Assembly: GCA_011109175.1 (NCBI GenBank) | Contig: RDEW01000014.1 | Span: forward strand, 1-64,000 | Reading direction: 5' to 3' | Length of the DNA: 64,000 nt | Source of the DNA: Dicyema japonicum | Taxonomy: Eukaryota; Animalia; Dicyemida | Part shown: positions 36,117-50,309 of the stretch, piece by piece | Layout: each line of letters opens with the position of its first letter | Numbering within the stretch: position 1 is the stretch's first letter | Translations under genes and position numbers: made by a program | Notes under the pieces: generated by a model | The model's database searches: none | What the model was told of the DNA's origin: nothing | What the model saw: the letters and a program-made list of their open reading frames with translations, nothing else

Positions 36117-38899
36117 CTTTAGAGAATACCATTCTTGATAGAGATTCAGATGTGACTGTATGAGGTTCGTGACATGTAGAATTCCAGTAGCAGCAACTGC
36201 TCCAGCCTTCAATAAAACGTCCACGGAATTATATTCCCTCATTATATTACTTTTCGCTTTCTTTAGTTTGGTCTCATTGACCACAGATGCCCTTCGTAAC
36301 TAGTGCTAGTTCATTATGCTTTTTCTTTAAGGATCGGGCATTAACTAGCACTACCTTGCTTCTTTAAAGCCCAGGTCGCTATCTCCATTAAAATCCACCT
36401 GCGGAATCGATCACAGATGGTTTAGCTGTGAAATAATCTCCGATATTTCCGTATATACCTTCTCTGATGGATTGGATGGGACTTGATTGGAACGTAACTG
36501 TCTGTGCTTACACGTTCTCCCAATATGTCACACGGACCAAGCGATGCCTATGGGCAGCCCGTTACATTAACCTTGCACTAAGATTAACCGCATTTAATTT
36601 CATTATTGATTTAATAACTACAAAGAATATTAATTAAAAAAAAACAAAATTGCAGTTAGGGTAGTATTAGGAAAGTGCTGCTGCTGACATTACGAAGTAA
36701 GCGTTTCCGTGGTCGACTGCAGTCCCCATCCGGTTTCTGCGCACGTCTTTCTTGCAATAGGCCAATTTCCATTGTTTTCCGTCAGGAACGAGGCTTTGAT
36801 ACTTCCCACAGAACCGGGCGTTTCGATTTCCATCGGTACAAAACGAAAGGGGTCTCCAATTCCACAATATTTTTTATCTTGATTTTCTCATCAAGATCGG
36901 CTAACGTTACAGCAGACTGCGTCGAAGTGAGCATCATTGAGTTAGAAACAGAATCAACACAAAAACAGAATCAACACAAGTGCAGTCCCACACTAGCGAT
37001 TTTCCCTCAGAGAATTTAAATATTGTTAGCCCATCCGGCCTATTCCCCTCTCCGGAAATAATTTAAGTAACTATTTTTTAGTCTAGCACATTCCTACAGT
37101 CGACATTACTCCATTTAAATTTTTTATCTATTAAATTAAATATTTAAAACTACCTCAACTCTTTATTCAGAAAAATATTAATTATTTCTGCAGCGGAATA
37201 ATATGAGACTTTAAATTATCCAGTAGCAACCAAGGATTTGTTCCAATATCCTTTTTAACTCGAACCCATTTATTAATGTTTTTAATTCACACTTTATCTC
37301 CCTCACTAAAATTATATTTACAAGTATGGACATTCATTTTTCCTGTTCATAGCCTTGTAATAACTCGAATCTTCTACAATCGGTTTGATTTCGATATTGA
37401 ATCTTGTCGCATTCGGTAACAAATTATCTGACTTGGAAATATCTGCATATAGATTTTAAACCGAATAACGTGTATGTCAATAGATTCTGGAGTCGAACAA
37501 TTAACCGAATCCCCCATTTGCTATGGAATCACACACTCTTTACTTAAATTATCTAAGATATATATAACCATGAATTATTGAATTTATTCCCTTAATTCCT
37601 CGATATCTTTCGAAGGACTTTCGCCAGATTATGAATGGGCAGAAACGTTGTAACTGTACGCAGCATATTATAACTTAGCAAATGTCACTTTTTGTTGGGA
37701 CTAAATACCATTATTTACATACTCCAAAGTAACTCCCGTACATGGGATTTGCTGGTCATTGAAAATCAGAGATTACGTGGGTGTCAGCGTTCTATTTGAG
37801 GTTAATATTACATGCGGGATTTCTCCGCGCTTGTGGACGATGAGTTTGACTCTAACTATCCGCTCAGGTGATCGAATGGGTCTAACTTTCAGGACACATT
37901 GGTCTCTAGATGCAAGGACTATGTCATCCAAGAATGTCAGAATCATTCTTCCGTCTTAGATCTCTGTTGAAATAAACACATCACACGTCAATCTCATTCT
38001 TAGCTCGAAAATAAAAAATGCTAATGGGGGACGGACTTGAACTTGGATTTTCAAGTTGGTGATCTAACAAATTTGAATTGGCGGACCTTATGAGTGTCCT
38101 CTCGTCATTCCGTGAAATGCATGTGTTCTCATAGGCTTTGTTCCTGGCAGTTAAGATCAGAACTGGTGACTGTTTTTTCCTTGGAAAAATGAAAATTTGA
38201 TGGATTCCAGTATTTTTAATCAAAAATGTGAAAATAGCATCGAATAATTCAACAACTTTTGACAAAGCTCTTCCATAGAAAGCAACATACAGCTTAAAGG
38301 GTGTGATAGACTACCAAGATCCACGTTCTTCGCGTATATTCATTGGATTCTCCGTCATTGCAGAGAGCCAACCTGATTAACCGAATATTTCATGATCACG
38401 TGACCAAAAAGGAGCCAAATGATAAATCATCCAGAAGTTAAAGACCAAAAAATCTTTAGAAAAAAGCCAAATGATAAATTAAAGTATATTCGTTGATTCA
38501 CTAAACTGGAGGCGGAAGGGTCTGTTAGATTTACTGCCTTGATATCTCTTTATCCAAAAGAGTGGTCTTAAATTTAGATGCAGGATCCACGAGCCGCCAC
38601 ACAAGAGTAAGATACCTTGTTCTTCCAATTATAAAGGCGACTTTCAGAGGACTTTATGTAAAAACAGAGGACCAAACAGATTTTTCAGCGTAGTCATAAT
38701 TGTTGCCAAGGTTAGGCTAAATCTCGTTCAAATTATAAAAACTTAATTCTCGAATATTCTAAAACTTCAAAGACAAAAATTAAGGCAACAAATCACAATG
38801 AAATAAAAAAGTAAATATTTAGGAGAATAAAATTCATAATACAACATTAAAGTTTCAACATGGCCACAATCTCGATTCTGACTGACAAATGACTCAAGA

Positions 38900-40450
38900 A
38901 AACCCACCATGTTTTTATCAATTTCTCCATTCTACACAATCACTCAACCAAACAACCGATTTCTTGAAACTATCTTTCATTTTAGAGTCCAACTGCTCAT
39001 CCATTTATTACATCAAATAGGCATTCCAGTTCTTCGTCCACTTCCTTCTCAACCTCCTCATCAAACAACAGTCTTCTCAAAGAATTCTCCAACTGGTCAA
39101 CATCAACTCCCAAAGACTACAAGTAAACAAACTACCAACTCATCTAAAGTGACCACTCCATCACCTCTAACTCAGCGGCAACAAAGCCGTCCATTGCATT
39201 GGGGACCACGTTCTTACCAGAAGAAGACCTCAGGATTTCCTCAAATTTCCCATGGTCTATTTTCATCCAGTCCTAACATTCGTCACCCCCACATCACCTA
39301 CGACATAAAATCACTAAAACCTTCAAAATTTAAGTTACAACCAGAGACATAATCTAAATTTTTGGGGGACAATATCTTCCACTTATTCTCGCAGCTACTC
39401 GCATAGAACTTTTCAGCAGTACGTTTCAGGTCACAATGAAATGTACTCCCCTCAACATCGCCCTTCAATAATCATAATCATAACCCGAAAATATCCAGAT
39501 TTATTGAGGACATCAAAAAATGCATGTTTTTTCTACAAAAATGCATGTGCCTGAGGACTGAAAAACAGCCCCAAATGTCTTAATTCAACCAACGAGAGTT
39601 ACTAGCTTTAACCTGAGCTCAATTGGGAGTTTACTGGGAGGAATGTCAGATGTCAGCCAACTCGACCTGGTGGGAGGGAAGAACCATTCCTGGGACAATC
39701 TGGCGAATCGATGGCGGGAAAATCAAATCTAAAGTAAAATCCCACATCAACTCTGTGCATAATCCTCGTTTCTGGCGGAAATCGTTCGGTAATACATGTC
39801 ATTGCCTGTTTTAGTGATATTCGATATACGTTTGTAAGCTAAAGGTTGTCTTTGCACAAAATTGCGTATGAAGACGGATAAAAGTTGAAGATCTCGACGG
39901 AGAAGCAATACGAGGGTTGAACGGACAAAACATGTGCTATAATGTTTGTTGTTATCAAGTTTATTTGGAAATCTACTAAATATTAGCAAACTACTCGTTA
40001 AACCTTGAAAGAACGGCATCCTGGACTTTGGTGTGTATTTTGATTGCTACGGAATATTTGAACAACCTAAAAAATATCTGGAAATTTAAAGGAGAGGTCG
40101 AGGATGTGGAGTCCACCAGTTGAGAAGAAAATCTTCGGTTAGTGAATAGAAAACCCATCTGTCGGCATTTTCATGGTACAACCACCCGTGAATAACATCG
40201 CAGCCTCTATGAGCAGGAATTATCCATCACAGTCGACTGTACTAGAAATAAAAAATGTGGAGACTTTATCACAAAATCAGTGAAGTAAACAGATATATTC
40301 CTCAATATGTAGACAATTAGTCATTCGTAGTCGAAATTTGCGTCACAATCGGAAGATCCGACAAATAGGGTACAATGAAGTCAGGCTGTTGAAGGTTAAC
40401 TTTGGAAATAATGTGGATCCCTCGTTGTATTATATGTAATTATCGTGTAA
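38900..40450 (+). mobile_element. Probable Penelope-like element remnant
   Basis: Low-complexity N-terminal region, then PSVGIFM and RYIPQYVDN in decayed frames. Confidence 0.38.
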
Positions 40451-40725
40451 CTTTGAAAGTAAGAAAGCACTTCTGTGCATAGTTTCGATAATTTTCCAGT
40501 AATTTAGGAAATATGTAATAATAAATTCTATTCTCACTCGTAAAAAAATTAAAAAATCATATCCTCCACTACGACTATATTTATTTAAAAAATATTAAGA
40601 AATATTAATTTTATAATAATAATTTCACGTGTGTATCACTTCAAATTAATTTTAATTAAAATTAAAAACGTGTGGAATTAATTTTTATTCTCAAATTGGC
40701 CAATTTAAAGGTTGTTGACCAATTA

Positions 40726-40741
40726 GAGGGACTTTACTGTA
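40726..40741. mobile_element. Tc1/pogo-type TIR end with TA
   Basis: GAGGGACTTTACTG-TA (reverse complement TA-CAGTAAAGTCCCTC); partner not found. Confidence 0.4.
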
Positions 40742-40999
40742 GTAATTATAAAAATTGCTCCGTAGCTCATTTCAATAAATTTCCTCCAAGCATCTTTCAA
40801 TTAAAATTTTATTTACGTCAAAAACTCTTATATTTTTTACTTTAATAAATTTTTTACCATAATATTCAACAACTTTCCATATTGGTCATAATTATTTTAG
40901 GTAGATTTTAATAATTTTTTCTCTTTTCCATCAAAGAAATAAGAAGATCAACGTCTTTAAAATATTCTCTGATTTTTGGATAAAAGTTGTTTTGTAAAC

Positions 41000-42490
41000 T
41001 TTAATGTTCAGCATATGCAAAGTTGGAAGGAGAGAGGCTCAGGCTTGGTGTTACCACTTTCCCATGGGAAGAGAGTGGTTCCGTTCGGTCTTCGGTCAGC
41101 TTGAGCAAGTCCAAGCGGCTCCAATTGGGGAGGGAATCCAGCAGTTTCAAGTCCTCAAGAATAACTCCGTTGATTCGCGTAGTGTCTTGGACTCCTTCCA
41201 GCACTCCTCCGGTAGGAAAGAGCGTGAATACCTTTCGCGTCGACCATTTTTCCACACTGATGAATTTTGCAAACATCTATTCAGAGGCGGACGAAAATTC
41301 CATTCATCGTCGCGTCGTTATCCAATATTGTTCCAAGTGAGTTACATGGTAAAGCTCTACGCCAGGCTCCATTCTCTTTCGTCGATGCAAAAGCCAGACG
41401 ATTCTGATCAAGCACAGGTTTTATCTCTTCTATGATCTTTGAACATAAAAGCTTGTCCCATTTTTGTTGTTTATTAGCGTTCTTCGTGAATCCAGCACCG
41501 AATCGTGTCCAGACTTCCCAGCAAAGCATACAACTGGTTCAGCGTTCAATCCGTTAATTAGCGTAGGATCTGGCGTGTGAGACCACTGGAAGCATCTGTC
41601 GAAGATAGGAAGGCCAGTAGGGCGAGTTCTAGTTGAGAGCGTATTTCGATTCCTCCGTAGCGAAAAGGTAGTTTGCATTGGATCCGGCCAATTTTATCAA
41701 ATGAAATGTTGAGAGTATCTTCAGTTCTCAGTTCATCTCCGTGAAACATGGGGCTGCCCGTAGAAAAAAAAGGTGAAAATTCCTGAGGAAGAATAAAGAC
41801 ACGTGGGAGATTTGATGTGAATTGTTGGAGTGATGTATTTTTTTCTCCAGGTGAGCTGACACATTATTTTAGTATAGAGGAGAGCCGAGAAAAATTACAT
41901 TTTCGAGTTGAGTGACCGAGACATCGCGGAGATAAGTAGAAATAGCAGTCACTACACGACAGAAGTCTTCCTATGAGCAAGCAACGTTTATAATTTCACA
42001 TTTATACGGATTCGGTTCACCCAAGTGGCACAAGTGCAAAGATGGCGAACTCGACTTCCGCGACCACAAGTTCCCATTTACCACCGACGGTCTCGTTGTC
42101 CAGGTACCATAGGTTCAATGGAGTTCCTTGTTGAACTTGTCTTGGACTCAACGATGTGTTGGCCGAATATCAGCGTACATAAGGAGGCAAATGTAAGTTT
42201 CACCAACCTGCTGATTTCCAGGATCCTAGAAATGCTAGTTTTAATGATTTCGTCTCTGCGAATGCTATTGAAAGCATTGCGGATGTCCAGTTTGACTATT
42301 CTAGCATTCGTAGTGTCTAGTGGACTGATAGCAAAGTTCCTGATTGAGTGAATTACTCCCTCGCATCCATAAGGAATTCCAACCTTAAATTGAGTAAGAT
42401 CAGTTCGAAACTTAGAATCTTGCTCGCTGTTCTGTCAGCAATCTTTCCTGTTAGGGGCCTGAATACGTTCCCTATAGCGATGGGTCTTAA
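41000..42490 (-). mobile_element. CRE-clade retrotransposon (RT to RLE), degenerate
   Basis: LRPIAIGNVFR, VKLDIRNAFNSIRR, WYLDNETVGG, QCKLPFRYGG, GAW..ALPCNSLGTILD, HQCGKMVDAKGIHSLS, LEPLGL. Confidence 0.82.
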
Positions 42491-42699
42491 CTCATCAAAA
42501 AGCTTTCTAAAGACAAACACTTGAATACAAAAATGACATACTCCGAGTGAGGTCTATACAGATAGCCCAATAACTTGTGTGTCAGAATCTTCCGCCAGTT
42601 TCCTATAGAACTTCAGCTCCGGTGCTTTGTCTCTGACTTCATTAACGTATAGGTTCAATATAATCAATTTTCTGGCTCCGAGATTCTGAACGAGTCTCT

Positions 42700-42800
42700 A
42701 CCAGAAAAATGCTCGAACGTTGAGGAACTGCCATCCAGTGTTAACTCCTCTTGATGGTTGTGACAGATTCGTGGGCAGATCCCCAGCATAGAAAAAATTC
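42700..42800 (-). mobile_element. Possible LINE 5' end with a decayed 2A-like motif
   Basis: LC-GDLPTNL shortly before FLNVRAF (APE start). Confidence 0.3.
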
Positions 42801-43499
42801 GAAAAGTAATAATCCTCCAAAAAATGTTAGTTATAATCAATGATTTGTACCACGTGGGTAGATCTATTGGTTAAAGTTATTGAATATCTTACGTTATTTT
42901 TGAGAGGTCTTCACCATTTGCTATAGCATACTTGGTGGAGATGATGACGTCCCTCCATTCCACCAATGTCTAATACACTTCCTGGAGAAATTGTACTTAG
43001 GAATTTCCTTTTCACTAGGAAGAACTCATTACAATACATCTAGTCATGCATTTCTTATACATTTGGCATATGAGGTCCATTCATCCTTGGAGAAATGTTT
43101 TGAAGACCAATCTAGCCAAAAAAGATCTTCTGAGTTTCTGGAAATTCCCAGTTTCCAATACCTCTGGAATCCTCAATTCGTAAGAACCGAGGAACATAAC
43201 CGTTGTGACTACTAAGATCCAGTTATTCGGCCGACACGTGCTTGTGTGGGGTCGAAGGAAAAGCATCTCTGCTAGGGCGCGCTGGGATCATTTGATTAAT
43301 TAGTTATTAGTGATTGTAGAGTCGATGAACTGTTTGTATATGACATCAAGTCCACACTGATGTGGTTTTTGGTATTAAAAATAAAACAAAAATTAAATAA
43401 ATAAATTGGGTCTTTGAGAAAAATAAATAAAATAATTATGTAAATTATTTTGTCTGGTTTGTCTCTGTTTTTTAATATTTTTATTATATTCTGTCTTTT

Positions 43500-45250
43500 T
43501 GTGCGAGCACAGAGACTTTTCTCCAATGAGATCATCCTAATGTTGGGAGAGATCAGAATCTTAGAACTGACATTAATGGGATCACACTGAAACACGCTAA
43601 ACTAACGGATTCTTTGACAAGACACAAAATCGAATATTGCCTTTTCTGTAAGACTTCAGACTATTCAACACCTCATTAATATCTACATCCCGTCTTCATC
43701 ATGATGCCTGCCTAGAATTCCTACTCAACTTCAATGACGTTATCATGACCTTAATGCTAAGGACCCACTATAGTATTCGAGTCAGTTAACAGACAGCATG
43801 AGAACAAATCGCCTCAAAACTCGAACACCTTGTCATACTGAACACCGCAACTAACACACAATATGTAGAACTGGTCTGGGAGATCCAAACACATCCCCTG
43901 ACTATTCGAAATGCTCGCCATCGATCACATCGCTGATTAAATGGAATTTCATATATGACCTACCTGTCTGACTGAATCATCGTTGATGAGTCTATTTTCA
44001 CCACACACAACGATCAGACGGATCTTCGCAAACTACAGGAAAACGAATTGGGATAACTTTAAGGCCGAAATAAGAAAGGTTTTGCATGACTTTTCTATGT
44101 AAAAATTCACGTGTTCAGATAAATCTGTAGCCCTTTCAACTCTGCTATATTGTCGGCTGAGCAAGAAAGTATTCCCAAAGGCTTCATTAGACTTTCGCTG
44201 TCAGGCAACAATTTGATGACCTATTATGGCAATACCAGTCACATTCAATGCCCAAAGATGTTTGATCTAAGAAAGTCAAACCAACACAAGGTACGAGAGT
44301 CAAATCCAAGTTCCCGTACCACTAATCTAAAATTCCCTCAACTCTTCCGCCAAAGGCCCTGATGATCAATGTATTCTCCAATTGAAAGACCTCGGACTAA
44401 CGGAATCAATGCTCTCTTGGCCATTGATGAATTCTCAATCAACTCATGTTTTATTCTTGTTATGGAAAAAAACTGATAATTATCCATGTACTCAAAAACA
44501 TCAAGGATTTCTCCTCCCCTTCTTCCTACAGAACTATTTCTCTCACCTCAGCTGTATCAATGGTTTTTGGAAATAACAGTCTTGAACGAGATATCATGCC
44601 ACCTCAACCTTTCCAAATCACATAGTGGCTTTTGTTTCTTCACTCAACACCTCCCATCTATCCACCTTGGTACTGTTTTTTGCCGATGGTTTTAATAATC
44701 ACTAAGATTCTTTCCGGAAGACTGGGTCAAACATGTTTTCATTCCCATGTCCCGATTCCGCTATCTTCCTAATGGTGTCCCTTGGGGATCAATTGTCTCA
44801 ACATCACTTTTTAACCTATACCTCAGTAACAATTTTTTACAACCGACCGAGCATATATCTCGACAACGAACTTCCCCAAATCCTTGGAGTCACGTTTTAA
44901 CAAACACGTTTAAGTATTTTGCATCGAACGGCTAGCAAAGGAGTGCCTTATATCATTGTACAACAATTCGTTAGAGCGACGCTAAACTATGCCTCCCCAA
45001 GCTGGATCCCTTGCATAACGCCCTCCCACTTATAAATTTAGCATTGAGAACTGCAACGGTGTGTTTGAATAACTAGTCGAGATCCTGCATCTAGGTGACC
45101 CACCTCAGAAAAAAGACCAAACCTGGGAAAACTGTATACATGACTTTGAATCAGTACTTTGGAAGATATAAACCTTTGAAGATAACAAGATACCTTAGGG
45201 GATATAAAAATACACAATTTTAGCTACGAACTGTCTCTGACACAAAGTCA
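43500..45250 (+). mobile_element. Degenerate APE+RT LINE (same superfamily as 57933-60571)
   Basis: IRILEL.INGI, INIYIP, DLNAK, YRTISLTS, NGVPWGSIVSTSLFNLYL. Confidence 0.75.
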
Positions 45251-46699
45251 CCTTACTTCAAAAATTTAAATGATACCGCCTTTGGCCAATATATTTTTGT
45301 TTTCCAAGTCATTGTTAGCACATAACTTTGTAACACTTGGATATCGAGAAGGCGTTTGACCGAGTCTCCTTAAACATCCTAGCGACATAAATGACCATTA
45401 ATTTCAAGTCATGACTGTAATCAGGAATAAGTGATATTAAATATCCAGAAATAGAAGTATATTAATATCCAGTGTTTCCTGAAACAGTTAAATTGTATGA
45501 TGCCACAGAGAAGTAGGAAAGGAAAAAATAAAAACATTGAAGCCTTCCACCAAGCTGCCAGTTGGCGCAATCTAGGTCATTAGTCTCCGCAGGGAGTTTC
45601 TTTCCATCTCTCCAACTATCAAACTTGTCTACTCCATAGGTAAGTAATAAAAACCTAGATTCCGAAAGTTACAGCAGACACCCTCTCTGCCAATGGTCTC
45701 AGGAAAACTGTGGGGATTTTGAAAATGGACAGGAGATTCCTTGTATCCTTCTTAAAGACTGCTGTGATCACTTATTAGTCTGATGTAGTATTTATTTTTG
45801 TCCTCGAAATGGGGAAAATTAGTGTTGCAATTCTTAATTTGTCAGAAAATTTAAAAGGGATATGACCGGAAGTTAAATAGAAAAAATTAGAAATATGTAA
45901 GGAAACACAGTCAGATCTGTATAAATATGCATTTATTTGAGAGAAGTACGGAGTCTCTATATCAAGTCCGACTGAAAAGGGAAGAAATTTTATGTGAAGA
46001 CTGCAATACGTCAATTTGGTACATAAAATTTTTCATTCTCTGAGATGAAATGGTTTTCCGATCAACATTAAAACTCATTGTCTTCAAAATTGCAAATAGG
46101 ATTTTAATCGAGACTTACAAGTAGTCGAACAAAAACTCATGAAATTGTTTTTAAAAAAGATTTAAAGCAGATATTGTGCATTCACTAAGAAAAAGAACAA
46201 AATAACGTGAAAATGGCAGATTTCTTATCAAATAAATAATATGATTTTTCTTTACCATTATAGTAATTTTTTTTAAAAATAACAATTTATTGAAAAATAA
46301 AACCAAATAGTTAAAGGCTACTGGCTTCTCTCAGGATGAGGCGCATTTCCCCGGCTGCTCTCAGGATTTTTTTTCCTCAGGATTATAGTAATTAATAATT
46401 ATAAAAATAATTTTTCCACATTTTTATTAAGTTTTTTTTTTTTTTTTAAGAATACCCTTATTACTTTTGGGAAAACCTCAAAATTGGGTGATTTTTGCTT
46501 CAATTAGTGGACGGAACTGTACCATTGAACCTAGTTAAAGACATTTTTCAAACATTTTGGTAAAATCCTGTTGAGAATCACAGAAAAAAAATCTACAGAT
46601 ATATTTTGCTTCAGCTCCTCCACTTCATAACAAGATCTTCTTTGCCAAGTGGATAACTAAGTCGTGACTACAAGCATACGTTTGATTTGACTACAATCA

Positions 46700-47520
46700 T
46701 TATACTCCCCAAATGGCTCATCCCACATTAGACCGCCCGTTTCCGTCTTCAAAATGGAGTTAATTGTGTCCTTGAGTAACTAAACAATTGAATGTCCATT
46801 AAGCATCCATTCAGTTAAATAGCCCACGTGGTTTGTCTAAACACTGATGGTTTACCAAATGAGAAGATGTAAAGCACTATAATTAAGATCTTCCTAGAGA
46901 GTCACCCTCTTTTCTTCGAGGAACGATGAAATAAATTCAGTTAAACGAAAGGCCTCGTGTCTTGTTCTTTCGTCGGAAATTCTATTTTTTGTCTGCTCAA
47001 TTGAAAGAGTTCAAAAAATGATCGGGAACCTGAGTTTTTCAGAAAACCAAAAAACCATTCATGTGGAGGTATCCAGATACCCTGAAGAAAGATGCAGAGA
47101 TCTAGTACTCACATTCTGAACAGTTCAGAAAGACGGGTTCGCCGGTCGCCATTTGAGGATAATTTCTAAATTGTTAGAAAATGGGATCACCTTTAACTCC
47201 AATCCTTTTCGGGGGTTGTTAAAAAAACAAAACTGTTTACAATCGAAGTGTATTAGTTAAACTAAACTCGAATAGTTTGCGCTAAATCGGCGGGTCCATC
47301 TCATATGGCCTATGAATTAAACAGTTAAGGAATGGGGTATGTTGATAAAATCACCAAATAGTCGATCAAGCTACCATGTTTCCTTTTAAAGTTACTAAGA
47401 AAGCCAATCCACTTGATTGGTTTAGAATTTCATTGAGCTCAGACAGATTAATTAATCAAATCTCATAAACACGGACCATGTTATAATCATAGCTCATTAT
47501 AGTAAGATACCCACGAGAAT
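46700..47520 (+). mobile_element. Probable Penelope-like remnant
   Basis: MGSPLTPILFG and IVCAKSAGPSHMAYEL; a similar PMGSPL motif occurs near 36545. Confidence 0.4.
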
Positions 47521-47539
47521 TTATTTATTAATCCTAGGA

Positions 47540-47710
47540 TTACGGAGAAAGAAAAACAAAAGAAAAGTCAACTAGTTAGGTGATCCCAGTGCCGCAACAA
47601 ACGTGCCATTCTAGTCGAAACACATAGCTTACGGGAACCCCAAGAGGTGGGAGAAGTTATTGGATCTTTTCGTTCCTTTCCGGAATAGGTGACACCTTAT
47701 CAGGTGAGCC
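47540..47710 (-). mobile_element. LINE extreme 3' end
   Basis: Ends ctgggatcacctaactagtt, the family 3' motif. Confidence 0.45.
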
Positions 47711-47879
47711 ACTAAACACCACGTTATACACATTTAATTCCACATTTTATCACCAACGAGAATGCACGCTTATATTTAAATTTCAAAAAATTTTAAAAAT
47801 AAATTATTAAATATATTGGAATTTTATATATAGTGGAATTTTATTTATTTATTTAACTCCAAGACCACCAAGAAAAATA

Positions 47880-48700
47880 GGTAAAAACTAACTAATTATG
47901 TGATCCCAGCCTCCTACAATATCCGAACTCTCTTCGCCTGGTCTTTCTGATGACCCAACCGCATTCCGGAAGCGCCTTCTTTTCCTTCTGCATAGGAATT
48001 CAACCGGCGAAAGCACTTTTTTATAATCGACGAAATTCCTCTACATGGGCCACCTTTTCCTCGAATGGGTTTTCCCAGTTCCTCCTGGAAAAGTTCAAAA
48101 AGATCAATTCTCGAAAGAGTGAATGGCAAATCTCCAGGCGGAGCAGGCATATTAAATAGTAGGAACATTGACTTGTTGGTAGATCTTGTTGACGTAAGCA
48201 GAGGGGGAAGGGGCTCTTCTTTATGATCGCTTTTAAAATGTTCCATTTCCGAAGATCCTAGGCAAGCATCTCCTCTAACGTGACACGAGAACGTCATCAA
48301 AGAGTCGAAAACTACCCCAAGGATTTTCTGGGTCCGCGTAAAAGGGTATAAGTATCTCCAAAAAACAGTTCGAGTCCATCCTTAAATCTTCTATCAGTAG
48401 TGAAAAAAGGTGAACTAGAATTTAGATGCTGACACACATAACAACATTTGGCAGATAGCCAGTCACATACTCAGTTTTAGGTGTGACTGAACAATTGCTC
48501 AGCCACGGAAAAAGATGTTATCTTTGAAGCGATAAGTAGGTCGTCCGCATTGGATAAAAACATAGTGTCCATGTCATTGGTAGTAGGTAGGTCATATATA
48601 GGTTGAAAAGGATAGGAGATAAGGGGAGCCTTGACTTGAAGTGGTTTTATCAATCCGGACCCTTCCGCGTTGCCAGTTAAGAAATTTTTCCAGCCATAGC
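47880..48700 (-). mobile_element. LINE RT C-terminus and 3' end
   Basis: KILGVVFDS.MTFSCHV; ends RIL*EAGIT*. Confidence 0.65.
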
Positions 48701-48917
48701 TTAAAGTTCGGAAGTTCGAATTAAAATATAGTGGAATAAAATTAAAATACGTTATTGTAGTTCAACATTCCACTAGAAAACTCTGTGATACTGGCGTAAT
48801 CATTATTATTGATTTACATTAAGTTATATTCTTCGCTTGTATCACTACCAGATGATCCGGTCTGTTATACCCCTACACGCTCTTCTCGATATAGAGATTT
48901 TCGGAGTCTGTCTAGAT

Positions 48918-50100
48918 CAGGTATGTCAAACTCAATAAATATTAAAAATATCAAATCATTTAAACTCTTTAGCCGGGTGGCTTAGTGGTTAGGTGTCGGG
49001 CTTAAGTGGCTTAGGCTACGGGTTCGAATCTCGCTGCTGTTCACCTGGTGGAAGGTTCCACGCATCTACGATGCAGAAATGGTTTGACGAGTGACGCCGT
49101 CATCAGTGAATACTCACTGCGGAACTGGATTGTCTAGAAAGGACACTCACACAAGAAAAAGAAAAAAAGAAGTGAAGATCATTCCTTGGTTCTACGATTA
49201 GTTAAAATTAACTGTTCTTTACTTAAATAAAGTGTGTGTCCTGCCTATGCGGAGCTATAAAATACTATGGCTCTCGTGAAAAGGCTTTATTATTATTACA
49301 CTCCTTAGTCTTTTTTTGTCAAGAGATCACTCTATCATTACAATTTTTCGTATATCTGAAATGTATTACCAAATTTGACATTGATTGGGGATAACAAATT
49401 TTCATCAGTCGACCGTTTACTCTGAGAAGATTTGATTGACTTCATGAAGGAAAACAACTGTTCACACCCATAGCTAGAACCGAACATTGCCATAATCTTA
49501 GTTGAAAACTTTCAGAAGTTTGTAAACTTTTCAGGAAGGTATGAATAGAACCCATGTATCCCCATTTAAGGTATTTTGCTGAGTGTAGAAACATTTTTCA
49601 TAGACGATTTGACTTCCATAATTTTAGTTTTGTAAAGAAACACTTGACGTCGTCATACAAGTGAGTGATGAGCTTGTTTTTGCTTGTAATTTCACTCAAA
49701 TGTCCATTAATGCATATTTTATTTCATCTGTGTTTTTGCCTTCTTTCTCAAAAAATTAAGCGATTTATGATCTCAGGAAATAAAATCGTTTGAACACTTT
49801 CTGACACAACATCATTCAACTGATTATGCCTTCTAGAAGCTGACTGAATTGGAACGATCGTATATAACAGGGACGTCAAACATGTCATAATGAATCTGTA
49901 ATTTTCATGTTATTTTGTTTTTTCATAGTGAATACCAACATCGTCTTAAATCCGTAAAGTTTAAGAACATTTTCAGAAGTTTCTTGTTTGAAACAATAAG
50001 AAGCAATGTGAAAGCACGTTGGCTATCTTTTATGATTGATATGGGTGTTATGCTCGGAAAGGATGCATTTCACTCCTACCGTAGAAACAAGATATAGGAT
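48918..50100 (+). mobile_element. Degenerate hAT element hosting SINE copy 2
   Basis: TIR-like CAGGTATGTCAAACTC at 48918; later FRSFLFE...KARWLS. Confidence 0.48.
48972..49299 (+). mobile_element. tRNA-derived SINE, copy 2 (intact head)
   Basis: GCCGGGTGGCTTAGTGG (A box), GGTTCGAATC (B box), structured core, LINE-like tail, (TAT)n; imperfect TSD ACTCTTTAG/ACTCCTTAG. Confidence 0.87.
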
Positions 50101-50309
50101 ATTATCCGACTAATTATGTCATCCTGGTATTTTTTTAGATGTCAGCATTCACGTTGTCCCTCCGCCGTTCCCACAATAGATTATCCCATCTCTTCCGGAA
50201 CATGGATTCGGACACGAAGATCGACAACTAAACGCCTATCTGTTGCATTATAGTGCAAGCAGCATTAATGTAGCCGCATTCTCTCAAGCGTTCTTTATCT
50301 TATTTTTTA

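Noticed and set aside
37408-37545. Protein kinase (LHIDFKPNN)
   Set aside because: Single motif only; no convincing DFG, VAIK or glycine-rich loop in frame.
45625-45650. U1 snRNA 5' end (TTACTTACCT on the minus strand)
   Set aside because: No U1 stem-loops or Sm site follow.
48972-49040. Functional tRNA gene
   Set aside because: The acceptor and anticodon stems pair poorly, and it continues into a SINE body with a second copy and TSDs.
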